A stretch of 64,000 nt of DNA, taken from an uncultured Bdellovibrionales bacterium (GTDB taxonomy: Bacteria > Patescibacteriota > Minisyncoccia > Moranbacterales > UBA1568). The stretch is from positions 41,855 to 105,854 of the forward strand of contig CAZQLN010000002.1 of NCBI GenBank assembly GCA_964594215.1. Direction: 5' to 3'. The notes under the pieces are model-generated. The model was given only the letters and a program-made list of their open reading frames with translations. It was not told the DNA's origin and did not search any database. A program made the translations under genes and the position numbers. Positions 19,630 to 29,602 of the stretch are shown piece after piece. Each line of letters begins with the position of its first letter. The stretch's first letter is position 1.

Positions 19630-20484
19630 CTACTCATCTCTTCTAAGACATTGTTTCGTTTCCTTATCACAGCGATAAAAAATATCTCCTTCCTCATCCG
19701 TCCGATAGCTTCGTATACCTCTCTCTTTCAGATTCATTAAGACATCTGGGTGTGGATGCCCATAGCTATTCTCCCCTACGGATATAACTGCTTCTCTGGG
19801 TTTCAGAGAGTCCAAAAATGCATCACTTGTGGAGAAACGTGATCCGTGATGGGCTACCTTAAGTACATCTACCGGCTGTATGTTGAGAAGGGCATCTTCT
19901 TCATGTGGGAGATCTCCAGTAAAAAGAAACGAGGTATCCATAAAATCAAGTCGTGCCACTAAGCTTCCCTCATTAGTCTCAATAGGACTTTCAGATGGAA
20001 TAGGAGTAAGGGGATACAGGAAATGGAGGATTGCTCCTGTCGGGAAACGAATCTCAGTTTCTTCTGCTACTATCAAATGTCTTCTCGCTTTTGTGCGAGC
20101 CAGTTCTTCAAAAAGGCGCGATGTTTCCGTATCACTCATTTGACCATTAGTCATTACAGTGTCTACCCGGTAGTTACGAAGTACGCTTGGCAAACCACCG
20201 ATATGATCACTATCCGGGTGTGTGGCGATCACTACCTCAATATTTCTATCCCAAAAAGGTACGTACCGACCCAAACGAGAAAGCAGTTGTAAGCCATCTC
20301 GCCCCCCATCAATTAAAACTTGTTCTTCACCGTCCTGAATCAAGATAGCATCGCCCTGACCTACATCCAAAAACACTACCTCAAAGGTGTCTTGTTTCTT
20401 ATCTTGCCACAAAAAGAGAAGCCCTGTGATTATCAGAAGGCCTCCAAGTATTCCATTAACCATCAACCAAAAAGGCTTTTGCAT
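19630..20484 (-). CDS. comEC: ComEC C-terminal metallo-beta-lactamase domain (separate ORF; the track start 20523 is a TTG, first ATG is at 20484)
   Basis: FLDVGQGDAILIQ..., VVIATHPDSDHIGG, KVAHHGS MBL motifs typical of the ComEC/Rec2 C-terminus; its frame overlaps the upstream ComEC ORF around an A6 run. Confidence 0.75.
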   Translation of the reverse strand: MQKPFWLMVNGILGGLLIITGLLFLWQDKKQDTFEVVFLDVGQGDAILIQDGEEQVLIDGGRDGLQLLSRLGRYVPFWDRNIEVVIATHPDSDHIGGLPSVLRNYRVDTVMTNGQMSDTETSRLFEELARTKARRHLIVAEETEIRFPTGAILHFLYPLTPIPSESPIETNEGSLVARLDFMDTSFLFTGDLPHEEDALLNIQPVDVLKVAHHGSRFSTSDAFLDSLKPREAVISVGENSYGHPHPDVLMNLKERGIRSYRTDEEGDIFYRCDKETKQCLRRDE

Positions 20485-21940
20485 ACCATTTACGTTTTCT
20501 TTTTTGTAATTGTACCACTGCAAAAGTTATAAGGGTTCCATACCAAAAGAAAAGTCCTGTGACAGAAATTTTTATTCCCTCTAGCTGTATCCAAGGGAAA
20601 CTTCCAAAGTACTCCGCAAAGTGAATTAAAATCCAAAGTACTCCATACACCGGAACTACAATAATTGGAAGTAACGCTGATGGCAGTAGCATTCCAAGCG
20701 GAAGAAGTGCTGATGTACCCAACATCGCTAGTGGCACTATGGGTAAAAGAACAATATTGGCGATAACTGAAAACCAGGTTAATGCTCCGAAATGATAAAC
20801 GATAAGCGGTAATATACAAGCCTCTACCCACAGGGTGGTTTTAAGGGCTATTAAGAGGCGCTCTCTCCATGTACGTTTTTCACTTCCATACTCAAAAGAA
20901 GAACAGAGAATTCCGACTAACGCCATGAATGAAAGCTGAAAACCAACGTCATAAAAAAGGAGTAGTGGATTATAGAGAAGCATGAGAAATGCTGCTATTA
21001 ACAATACCGCAAACCCCGAACTTTTTCTTCCAGTAGCCAGAGCAAGAAAAAATAATAAGGCCATGCTCCCTGCCCGTACCGCTGAAGCTGGAGCTCCAAC
21101 AAAAATAATAAATGCCCAAACAACTATGCTCCCTAGAAAAATCTTTTGACGACGCCAGACACCTACATGGGCTAAAAAGAAAAAGGCGGCCCCTGCCACC
21201 AGTAAAATATTATACCCCGAGACAGCTACAATATGTGTCATGCCAATACGCTGAAAGTTTTCTCCTGCATCTTTGCTCAGATACTGATTTCCACCCAGGA
21301 TTAATCCTCTAGCGAGACCCAATTCTGGTTCAGGTAAAACCTTCGCTAACGTCTCTTCTGTTAGTATTCGACCTCGTCCAATAATACCGAGCCATCGTCC
21401 GAAATAGGTGGGTTCTAGACGCTGCCCTACTGCACCTTTTTTACAGATAAAACCGATCCCTTCTTTAGCCAGATACATCCGATAATCAAAGTCTTCTGAA
21501 AAATTTTTGACTCGTTCTGTTTGACAAGAAAAAAGAAAACTCTCTCCTACGCCGTATTGAGTCCCCAAAGGAGCCTGCCAAAGGATGTTCTGCCTACAAA
21601 TTTTTTCCCTACAATAACGTCTGAGATGAATTTCTTGATAGGCACTCTTCGTATTTGGGAAGTCTACAATGCTCACCCGTTCTTCCTCAAGCTTTGGAGC
21701 TACATCTGATTCATCCAAAATATCTCTCACCTGTTCTCCGCTCCAAAAAGAAAGCGTCACCCCAACAAAGAACATTAATAGGAGCGGTAATTTCTTACTC
21801 TGCCAAAGACTCGTATAGATCGATACTATTGCCAAACCAAAAATAAAAAGACCTCTATATTCAAACCAAGGTCCTAAAATAATACTCGCTCCACCTAAAA
21901 AACCTATCACCAAGGCTAATAAAAGAAAATGTGGATGCAT
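20456..21940 (-). CDS. comEC: ComEC N-terminal part (DUF4131 plus the competence membrane domain), ending prematurely relative to full-length ComEC
   Basis: GMTHIVAVSGYNILLV competence-domain signature and >8 TM segments; start set to the ATG at 21938-21940, which removes the overlap with nrdR. Confidence 0.8.
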   Translation of the reverse strand: MHPHFLLLALVIGFLGGASIILGPWFEYRGLFIFGLAIVSIYTSLWQSKKLPLLLMFFVGVTLSFWSGEQVRDILDESDVAPKLEEERVSIVDFPNTKSAYQEIHLRRYCREKICRQNILWQAPLGTQYGVGESFLFSCQTERVKNFSEDFDYRMYLAKEGIGFICKKGAVGQRLEPTYFGRWLGIIGRGRILTEETLAKVLPEPELGLARGLILGGNQYLSKDAGENFQRIGMTHIVAVSGYNILLVAGAAFFFLAHVGVWRRQKIFLGSIVVWAFIIFVGAPASAVRAGSMALLFFLALATGRKSSGFAVLLIAAFLMLLYNPLLLFYDVGFQLSFMALVGILCSSFEYGSEKRTWRERLLIALKTTLWVEACILPLIVYHFGALTWFSVIANIVLLPIVPLAMLGTSALLPLGMLLPSALLPIIVVPVYGVLWILIHFAEYFGSFPWIQLEGIKISVTGLFFWYGTLITFAVVQLQKRKRKWYAKAFLVDG

Positions 21941-21950
21941 ACACCCAAAA

Positions 21951-22394
21951 CTACACTTGCCCAAGAAACTTACGGAAACGCTCAAGACTCCCAAAAGACT
22001 TATAGACACTCGCGAAACGAACATAGGCCACCGGATCCTCTTCCTTGATGAGTTTCAAAACCGCATCACCGAGTTCACGACTGGTCATTTCTCTTTTTTG
22101 CTCTCCCTGCAGATAACTCTCTAATTCACCCAAAATACCCTCAATACTACTCTCAGCTCCAGGCCGTTTTTCGAAAGCCCGCCTCAGTCCACGCTCAATT
22201 TTAGATCGATCGTATGCTTCTTTAGTTCCATCTTTTTTGACAATCCAAAGCTCAAAACCCTCATACGTTTCGTACGTACTGAAGCGTTTCTGACACACCT
22301 CACATTCACGACGACGACGAATTACCTTCCCTTCCTGGGTAACACGGGAATCAACTACTTTAGTTTCTGAAGAGGGACAAAATGGACACTGCAT
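21951..22394 (-). CDS. nrdR: Transcriptional repressor NrdR (Zn ribbon plus ATP-cone)
   Basis: MQCPFCPSSETKVVDSRVTQEGKVIRRRRECEVCQKRFSTYE. Confidence 0.92.
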   Translation of the reverse strand: MQCPFCPSSETKVVDSRVTQEGKVIRRRRECEVCQKRFSTYETYEGFELWIVKKDGTKEAYDRSKIERGLRRAFEKRPGAESSIEGILGELESYLQGEQKREMTSRELGDAVLKLIKEEDPVAYVRFASVYKSFGSLERFRKFLGQV

Positions 22395-22434
22395 AGGACC
22401 TTTTACTTTGACTCTAGTATATCATTAGTTATTC

Positions 22435-22460
22435 AAAAAACCCCGCTTCAAGTAGCGGGG
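22435..22460 (-). terminator. Terminator after ftsZ
   Basis: CCCCGC-ttcaagta-GCGGGG with A6 on plus (U6 on the minus transcript). Confidence 0.65.
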
Positions 22461-22473
22461 TTCAAGTTCTTGG

Positions 22474-23745
22474 CTATTTCTTCATTTTCCTTCGAATGAA
22501 AGCTGGGATTTCTAAATCATCTTCTTCCGCAAGTTCTTTGGTCTCGACTCGCCCATTGGTAGAACGAGTTTGAATCTTTTCATCAATAATCATTACCGGC
22601 TGTTCCATCTTACGACTCGAGAAGGCAAAAATATCTTCCTCTTCTTCATAGCCAGCATCAGAAACCTCGGGAGTAGCTGTGATAGTTGGAATACTCTCGG
22701 TACGAGTTCGTTCTTGGGTACGCTCACGATGAGTTGTGGGGTTACTTGGTACTCGTGTAACCAAACCAGGTAAGGCATCCTTGGTACGAGGTAAATCAAA
22801 GCCCGTAGCTACTACGGTAATCTGAATTTCCCCTTTGCGGATCTGATCATCAGTCACAGCACCAAAAATAACCTTAGCGTTTGGATCAATCGTTTCGGTA
22901 ATAATATTAGCAGCCTCATTGATCTCAAGCATACCTATGTCAGAGCTACCTGAAATATTGAAGAGAACTCCCTTAGCTCCATCTATAGAAAGTTCCAGAA
23001 GGGGGCTATTGATAGCCGCTCTAGCAGCTTCAGTGGCACGGTTTTCACCAGAAGCAATACCGATACCCATAAGAGCGCTCCCGCTATCCTCCATAATAGC
23101 TCGAACGTCAGCAAAATCGACATTAACTTCTCCGGGGCGAGTGATCAAATCTGAAATACCTTGAACACCCTGTCTCAGAACATCATCTACAATACGAAAG
23201 GCATTTACGAGAGTGGTCTTACGATCGATAATTGAAAGAAGGCGATCATTTGGAATAGTAATCAGAGTATCAACCCGATCTTTAAGATTTTCTAAAGCTT
23301 CTTCAGCAATAGCTCGACGTTGTGATCCCTCAAAAGCGAATGGTTTTGTCACTACACCAACCGTGAGAGCTCCTAACTCTTTAGCCGTCTCCGCCACGAT
23401 AGGGGCAGCTCCACTACCGGTTCCCCCACCAAGTCCACAAGCCACAAATACCATATCAGAACCTTTCAGCACTTCTTGAATTTCATCACGGTTCTCTTCA
23501 GCAGCCTGACGGCCAACTTCTGGATTCATGCCAGCTCCAAGTCCCTTAGTAAGATTTTTACCCACATGCACTTTCTCTTGAGCCTTTGAATGGTGCAGTG
23601 CTTGGGCATCAGTATTAATAGCCACGAATTCAACACCCTTAATTTTAGCGTCGATCATTCGTGAAATAGCGTTTCCTCCAGAACCACCTACTCCCACTAC
23701 CTTAATTTTTGCAAACGTTTCGATGTCTGGTTTGATTTCAGCCAT
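22474..23745 (-). CDS. ftsZ: Cell division GTPase FtsZ
   Basis: [32 protein letters not shown] tubulin motifs. Confidence 0.96.
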   Translation of the reverse strand: MAEIKPDIETFAKIKVVGVGGSGGNAISRMIDAKIKGVEFVAINTDAQALHHSKAQEKVHVGKNLTKGLGAGMNPEVGRQAAEENRDEIQEVLKGSDMVFVACGLGGGTGSGAAPIVAETAKELGALTVGVVTKPFAFEGSQRRAIAEEALENLKDRVDTLITIPNDRLLSIIDRKTTLVNAFRIVDDVLRQGVQGISDLITRPGEVNVDFADVRAIMEDSGSALMGIGIASGENRATEAARAAINSPLLELSIDGAKGVLFNISGSSDIGMLEINEAANIITETIDPNAKVIFGAVTDDQIRKGEIQITVVATGFDLPRTKDALPGLVTRVPSNPTTHRERTQERTRTESIPTITATPEVSDAGYEEEEDIFAFSSRKMEQPVMIIDEKIQTRSTNGRVETKELAEEDDLEIPAFIRRKMKK

Positions 23746-23945
23746 ATATGTCCCCTGTTTAGGTGTTTAATAAAAATATTCTTCGACTAGCAATAATTTT
23801 TGTTTTACACTCTACCCTTGAGGGGCTCGCTACATTGAAACTCAAATTTAGCACATCAAGAGAAGGAGTGTCAAGACAGGCACCTACAAGAGAAAGTTGT
23901 ATTTTAGGCCTTTTTAAGGGCTTTTACTCAGATTTTCTATCCTGT

Positions 23946-25217
23946 TTAGGGAAGAAACTTAGTCGTCAACGCTTTTATTTTTTTGGCCATCCCCTGCATA
24001 CCTTCAGGCATTCGTTCCCAAACTTTACCAGCAGAAAATCCACTACTGCCACCACCAGCCTTCTCAGCATATAAAACAAGTCCAATAACCGTAGCAAATT
24101 CTGGATTATCTACTTCATCAAGAATACCTCCCAAAGATTTTGGATAGCCTACATGTACCGGCAACCGCAAAATCTGCTTAGCCACATCTACGGCACCAGG
24201 AAGTAGAGCTCCTCCGCCAGTAAGGATCGCTCCTCCAGGAAGAAGTCCTTCGCGTCCAATGTTGCGTAGTTCGGTATTTACGAAATCAAGTATTTCTTCC
24301 AAGCGCGCCTCAATAATTTCCGCTACATGGTGACGTGAAACCAGCTCATCTTCCTCTGAATCAAAAATACTCAGATCAATATCCTCTTTCTTAGAAACGT
24401 CCTTAGCCTCAGCTGTCCCATACTGCAATTTGACCGCTTCAGCAATTTCAATAGAGGTACGTAAGCCAATGGCGATATCATTGGTAATATGACTCGCACC
24501 AACAGGTAATACCGCTAAGTGGAGTAGGTCTCCATCTTCATAGACTGCAATAGACGTCGTGCTCCCTCCCATATTCACTAATACCGTACCAAGCTCCTTT
24601 TGCTTCAAAGTAAGAACCGCTTCAGCGGAAGCAATTGGTTCAGTAACCAAGTGTGTGGCCGCAGTACCGGCATGATCAAGACTACGCTCTATGTTTTTCA
24701 AGTGTGATGAACTCCCACTTACCACAAGAGCGTTCATTTCAAGGCGCACTCCACGCATACCCAAAGGATCTTTGATATTTTTAATATCATCAAGTCTATA
24801 ATCTTTGGGCACGACATGAATAATTTCTCGATTAAGTGGCATAGTTAGTCGAGCCTCTACTTCTTGCAGCACTCGCATCGTATCATCCTCTGTTACCTCA
24901 CCGTCAGCTCGGCCCACAGCTACTACTCCAAGAGCTTCTTGGCACAGTAGCTCTGCTCCACTAACACTGACCGCTGCCCGCTCAGCTGCGTGTCCTGCCA
25001 TGCGTTCTGCTTGCTCCAAAGCAACGTTAACAGCCTTAGCCACTGCTTCTATATCAACTACCGCTCCACGACGCATACCAAAAGAAGGCGTCTTACCAAC
25101 ACCAATAATTCGAAGCATTTCATCTTCTCCAAAACTTTGAGCAATTACTGCTCGTATCTGTGAAGATCCTATGTCAAGACCGACATAATAAGTGCCTTTG
25201 GGCATATCTATTTGCAA
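23946..25217 (-). CDS. ftsA: Cell division protein FtsA (actin-like ATPase)
   Basis: YYVGLDIGSSQIRAVIAQ...; 423 aa; directly upstream of ftsZ. Confidence 0.9.
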   Translation of the reverse strand: MQIDMPKGTYYVGLDIGSSQIRAVIAQSFGEDEMLRIIGVGKTPSFGMRRGAVVDIEAVAKAVNVALEQAERMAGHAAERAAVSVSGAELLCQEALGVVAVGRADGEVTEDDTMRVLQEVEARLTMPLNREIIHVVPKDYRLDDIKNIKDPLGMRGVRLEMNALVVSGSSSHLKNIERSLDHAGTAATHLVTEPIASAEAVLTLKQKELGTVLVNMGGSTTSIAVYEDGDLLHLAVLPVGASHITNDIAIGLRTSIEIAEAVKLQYGTAEAKDVSKKEDIDLSIFDSEEDELVSRHHVAEIIEARLEEILDFVNTELRNIGREGLLPGGAILTGGGALLPGAVDVAKQILRLPVHVGYPKSLGGILDEVDNPEFATVIGLVLYAEKAGGGSSGFSAGKVWERMPEGMQGMAKKIKALTTKFLP

Positions 25218-25311
25218 TCAAAAAATTTGGTTGCTCTAAAATTAAGAGCACCTCCCCTAGGCCACATTATACCCCGTTTTTGACAGCAGGCAAAGACAAT
25301 TGTGTTCTCTA

Positions 25312-25692
25312 CTAAACCTGAACCAAGAGATAGGGAAGAAAAATCAACACCCCAATAAGAAGGGCTACAAAAGATACGAGTAAAACTGCTCCCGCCATGA
25401 CATCCTTAACGATACGGGCGTACGGATGGACTCGTGGCTTCAGCATATCGATCACACGTTCAAGAGCTGTATTAGCAAGCTCCATACCCAACACCACGGC
25501 ACACATAGTAAGAAGTATACTCTTTTCAAGAAGGGAAAGTTCCAGCATAAATGAAAGGGCGAGTACTCCAAGAGCTACCCCGCTCTCAATTCTAAAGTTA
25601 CGTTCATGCAAAAAAGCATAGCGCAACCCATGGATAGCGAAGCGAAAACTTTTTGTGAGTCGATTTATATTCATATTTGTATCACTTATCAA
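25312..25692 (-). CDS. dgkA: Diacylglycerol kinase / undecaprenol kinase family (DgkA-like)
   Basis: 126 aa 3-TM protein; GMELANTALERVID conserved core; 4-nt overlap with ybeY. Confidence 0.8.
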   Translation of the reverse strand: MISDTNMNINRLTKSFRFAIHGLRYAFLHERNFRIESGVALGVLALSFMLELSLLEKSILLTMCAVVLGMELANTALERVIDMLKPRVHPYARIVKDVMAGAVLLVSFVALLIGVLIFLPYLLVQV

Positions 25693-26150
25693 ACTTCTTT
25701 GCTGAATTCCTGAGCTATTTCATCCTGAAGAGCAAACATTTCTTCTCCATGATCATACCCTAATAGATGAAGGATACCATGAGAAAAAATAAACGCCATT
25801 TCATGCTCTTCACTTACACCATCTTCCTCGGCAGCATGGATAATATATTCTGGATTGTAGATCAGATCCCCAAGCGTAAGCTCCTCACCGACCGGTAACA
25901 CTCCCTCCACTACCATACTCGCCTCATCACCAAAAGAAAGAATGTCAGTCACAGCGTCCTTACCTCGATACTCTCGATTGAGTTCCTGGATACGAGCCTC
26001 TGACACAGCAGCGACTCCTAGATAAATGTCTTTTGAACTTCCCCGAAACACCTCTAGCTTAGTAAGGGTCTTCTCAAAAATCTTTTCAAGAAGCTCATCA
26101 CTGAATGGTGTCTTCACTTCTGGTTCATGTACAAGAAAAAGTTTCATCAA
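25689..26150 (-). CDS. ybeY: rRNA maturation endoribonuclease YbeY
   Basis: HGILHLLGYDH zinc-binding motif. Confidence 0.9.
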   Translation of the reverse strand: MMKLFLVHEPEVKTPFSDELLEKIFEKTLTKLEVFRGSSKDIYLGVAAVSEARIQELNREYRGKDAVTDILSFGDEASMVVEGVLPVGEELTLGDLIYNPEYIIHAAEEDGVSEEHEMAFIFSHGILHLLGYDHGEEMFALQDEIAQEFSKEV

Positions 26151-26151
26151 C

Positions 26152-26622
26152 TTAAGCGCTCAGTTTGGTAAGAAGCATTTCTCGGACACGGTCTCCACTT
26201 ACAGTTCCTCCCGCTTTTTTCATTACCATACCGGTGGCCTTACCGAGGTCAGCCTTATCATTGATATTATTTTCTGCGAGAACACCTTCGATAAGCTCAC
26301 TCAAAGACTCATCGCTCATTTCAGCCGGGAGATAGGCTGAAAGAATTGTTAATTCGAGCTCTTCTTGAGCAACAAGATCTGCGCGACCACCAGCACTGTA
26401 CTGAGTAATACTATCTTTACGTTGTTTAACCAGTTTTTTGATCACTGTCTCAATATCGGTCTCACTGAGTTCTTCCGCTGGTGTACGAGCATCAATAGCG
26501 TAGTTCTTGAGCGCACTCTGAAGAAGTCGCAGAGTATCACGCTTCTCAGTGTGGCCGCTTTTCATAGCTTCTTTTAGTTCAGTCATGATAGCTGCGTAGG
26601 TCATAGGTTTTTTGAATATCAA
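26152..26622 (-). CDS. yqeY: GatB/YqeY domain protein
   Basis: 156 aa, DRVREMLLTKL..., YqeY-like helical domain. Confidence 0.75.
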   Translation of the reverse strand: MIFKKPMTYAAIMTELKEAMKSGHTEKRDTLRLLQSALKNYAIDARTPAEELSETDIETVIKKLVKQRKDSITQYSAGGRADLVAQEELELTILSAYLPAEMSDESLSELIEGVLAENNINDKADLGKATGMVMKKAGGTVSGDRVREMLLTKLSA

Positions 26623-26704
26623 TTACCTCTTTAGAGTAGCAAAACTCCTCACTTTTCGAAAGAAAAAGAAAACCCCGAATAGAACTATTCGAGGTATCTT
26701 CTTT

Positions 26705-26959
26705 CTAACGGTTCATCTTTTTCTTGATTTCACGCAGGGTTTCTTCATCGAACTTACCAAGCTTCTTCATACGGCCGATTTCCTTACGGATTTCCACTTT
26801 ATAGAGAGCTTCATTACGGCGTTTGTCCTTGCTTTTCAGAGGCTGATGGAAGCGTTTTTTACGTACTTGACGCAGTACTCCTGACTGCTGAACGCGTCGC
26901 GTAAAACGACGTATGAGGCTTTCAGGCGTTTCCTTCTCTTTCTTTTTTACTTGTATCAT
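26705..26959 (-). CDS. rpsU: 30S ribosomal protein S21
   Basis: 84 aa, ESLIRRFTRRVQQSGVLRQVRKKRFHQ; GGAGG SD 8 nt upstream of the ATG. Confidence 0.9.
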   Translation of the reverse strand: MIQVKKKEKETPESLIRRFTRRVQQSGVLRQVRKKRFHQPLKSKDKRRNEALYKVEIRKEIGRMKKLGKFDEETLREIKKKMNR

Positions 26960-27057
26960 ACGGAGGACCTCCTTCTAGAATTTTTGGGTGAACCCAATAT
27001 ATCATAATTTCGCCGTTCTTGCAAGAGTACTCCACTCGCTCTCTTTAACCACCTTTT

Positions 27058-27417
27058 CTAGGCCACTATTTTAGAACCGAGAAACTTACCTCCAATAAGG
27101 TGCAAGTGCAGATACTTTACTTCGCGCCCACTATTATCACCGCTATTGGTAACCAGGCGATACCCGGTTTCAGCCACACCGAGCTTAACTGCCATATCAC
27201 GAGCCACAAGGTGCATTTTTCCGATGAGAAGAGCGTCTTCATCTTCCATCTTAGCAATACTTTCAATCGGACGTTTAGGAATAATTAAGACATGAACAGG
27301 GGCTACTGGATGAATATCTCGAAGCACCATCACCTCATCATCCTCATAAAGAATATCTGCAGGAATTTCATGACGAATAATTTTGTCGAAGAGGGTATCT
27401 TCCATACTAGCCAACAA
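27058..27417 (-). CDS. HIT-family (histidine triad) nucleotide hydrolase
   Basis: HLHLHLIGG histidine triad. Confidence 0.88.
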   Translation of the reverse strand: MLASMEDTLFDKIIRHEIPADILYEDDEVMVLRDIHPVAPVHVLIIPKRPIESIAKMEDEDALLIGKMHLVARDMAVKLGVAETGYRLVTNSGDNSGREVKYLHLHLIGGKFLGSKIVA

Positions 27418-28843
27418 GAGTCTGATTAGCTTTCAAAAGTTTTTTTACTGAATCTACCAACATTACCTGAGTTACCGTTTCCTGGGTACCAGAGACCATA
27501 TCCTTGATAATAGCAGTTTCATCCAAAGCTTCTTTCTGACCAATAATAATCGTCACTTCAACACCTAGACGATTTGCTACTCGAAGCTGACTCTTGAGAC
27601 TACCTCGGCCAAAACTCTCAGCTAAGAGAACTCCATTTTTTTCGAGCTCAGAGAAAAGCTTGAGACTCTTCTTTTTAGCCATCTCACCTAATTGAGCAAG
27701 AAATACTTTCGGTTGCGGTGGGTGATAGGGTTTTACCTGAGTACGCTTCATCTCAATGACAATGCGATCTAAACCAAGAGCAAAACCAATCGCTGGTGTC
27801 GCTTCTCCTCCAAGGCCCTCAATCAAACGATCATAACGCCCTCCGCCTCCAAGTGAGTAATTCTTGCCATCCTTATCAGTTGAACGAATCTCGAATACTG
27901 TACGGGTGTAGTAATCAAGGCCACGAACCAGACGAGTGTTGATAGAGTACGGGAGCTCGAGTTCATCAAGATACTCAAGAAATTTCTTAAAGTGCTCACG
28001 TGATTCTGGATCGAGATAATCCAAAGACTGAGGTGCGTGGGCTGTAAGTTGGATACACTTATCTTCCTTACAATCAAGAATACGCATTGGATTGGTAGTC
28101 AAACGTAGACGACACTTCTCACATAATTTCTGTTTCTGACTCTCCAAGTATCGTACCAAGGCTTTTTCATAGTCTTTTCTGGTTTCAGGTGTACCGATAG
28201 AATTCACCTGAAATTCAATATTCTTAAGACCTAGTTGATTAACCACCCGAAATGCCAACTGAATTGTTTGAGCATCAAGAATGGGATCACTTTCACCAAA
28301 CATATCAAAATTAGCCTGCCAGTGTTCTCGATAACGTCCTTCCTGGGGACGATCATAACGAAAGATAGGGCCCATAGAAAAAAGCTTAATCGGCTTCGGC
28401 AAAACACCCATGCCATGTTCGATATAGGCCCGACAAAGACCGGCAGTCATTTCTGGACGAAGTGCTACCCGATCTCCTCCGCGCGTATTAAAAAGATAAA
28501 TTTCTTTATCAATAATGTCAGTTCCCGTACCTACACTACGAATAAAGAGATGAGCAAATTCTACTGTTGGCAGATCAATCCGACTAAATCCATATTCATG
28601 AGAAGCCGTAGTGAGAATTCTGCGAACACGCTCCCAATATGGCTGTTCGTCGGGTAAAATATCCCGCATACCCCGAAGTGTTTGTAATAGTACCTCCTCT
28701 TCAATGGGGGCCGCTTTAGTGGTTTTTAGAGTAGCCTTCTTGCTACTTGTGCTTTTCTTTATTCCACCCCGACCTGGTCGAGCTGAGGCAGCTGATTTCT
28801 TAGAAGCACTGGTGACTTTTTTTGCATTTGCCATAATATACAC
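27407..28843 (-). CDS. hisS: Histidyl-tRNA synthetase with a ~50-aa Lys-rich N-terminal extension
   Basis: [11 protein letters not shown] class-II motif; GGGRYD; 478 aa. Confidence 0.92.
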   Translation of the reverse strand: MYIMANAKKVTSASKKSAASARPGRGGIKKSTSSKKATLKTTKAAPIEEEVLLQTLRGMRDILPDEQPYWERVRRILTTASHEYGFSRIDLPTVEFAHLFIRSVGTGTDIIDKEIYLFNTRGGDRVALRPEMTAGLCRAYIEHGMGVLPKPIKLFSMGPIFRYDRPQEGRYREHWQANFDMFGESDPILDAQTIQLAFRVVNQLGLKNIEFQVNSIGTPETRKDYEKALVRYLESQKQKLCEKCRLRLTTNPMRILDCKEDKCIQLTAHAPQSLDYLDPESREHFKKFLEYLDELELPYSINTRLVRGLDYYTRTVFEIRSTDKDGKNYSLGGGGRYDRLIEGLGGEATPAIGFALGLDRIVIEMKRTQVKPYHPPQPKVFLAQLGEMAKKKSLKLFSELEKNGVLLAESFGRGSLKSQLRVANRLGVEVTIIIGQKEALDETAIIKDMVSGTQETVTQVMLVDSVKKLLKANQTLVG

Positions 28844-28881
28844 TCTTCACTGTTACAAAATTATGTGTTTCCTCTGTTGTA

Positions 28882-29490
28882 TCAAAAAACTTTAGCTTCT
28901 CCAAATGGCCAAGCTCTAAGCATTACTCTTCCCATAATAAATTCCTTACCTACTGGGCCAAAAGCTCGTGAATCATAACTAAAATCACGATTGTCCCCCA
29001 TCACAAAGTACTCATCTTCTCCAAGTGTTCGCGGTGACATATTCTCTAAAGTAGCGTCGCGTAACACGTAGGCTGATTCTTTAAGAACAAAACCCTCTGG
29101 TCGTTCATTGTTCTTAATAATCACTTGGTTATTCTTGATCTCAATAGTTTCACCAGGTAAACCAATGAGACGCTTGATGAAAAATTGATCCGGTTTCTTA
29201 GGATACCGGAAAACGATCGCTTCCTGTCTTGCTAGATTACGGAAATCGGAAAGTACAAGAGGGGCTTCTTTCGTACCCCCAAGGCGTACTTGTTTGTAGC
29301 CCAACTCACTGACGATAAGATACTGCCCATCTTCAAAATTAGGCTCCATACTCGATCCCTGAACAAAGAAGGGTTGGAACAAAAAGATACGAACCGGTAT
29401 AATAATAACTACCGCTAAGAGAAAGACTTTGACCAGCTCTACAATAAGAGCTTTTGTCCCAAGATACTCTTCTGCTCGTGTTTCTTCCAT
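28882..29490 (-). CDS. lepB: Signal peptidase I
   Basis: N-terminal TM then GSSMEPN catalytic Ser box; GDNRDFSYDSR. Confidence 0.9.
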   Translation of the reverse strand: MEETRAEEYLGTKALIVELVKVFLLAVVIIIPVRIFLFQPFFVQGSSMEPNFEDGQYLIVSELGYKQVRLGGTKEAPLVLSDFRNLARQEAIVFRYPKKPDQFFIKRLIGLPGETIEIKNNQVIIKNNERPEGFVLKESAYVLRDATLENMSPRTLGEDEYFVMGDNRDFSYDSRAFGPVGKEFIMGRVMLRAWPFGEAKVF

Positions 29491-29602
29491 ATAAATAAAG
29501 TGGCTAAACTAAGCTCTACAGAGCCAACAGAAAAATAAACATCCCTATTTTCTCACGTTTTACGGCCTCTGGCAAGGGTTAGAACTAACTTCAAAAGTAC
29601 TT

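Noticed and set aside
20490-20831. 113-aa minus-strand ORF overlapping the comEC N-terminal part
   Set aside because: Alternate frame within the well-supported ComEC competence domain.
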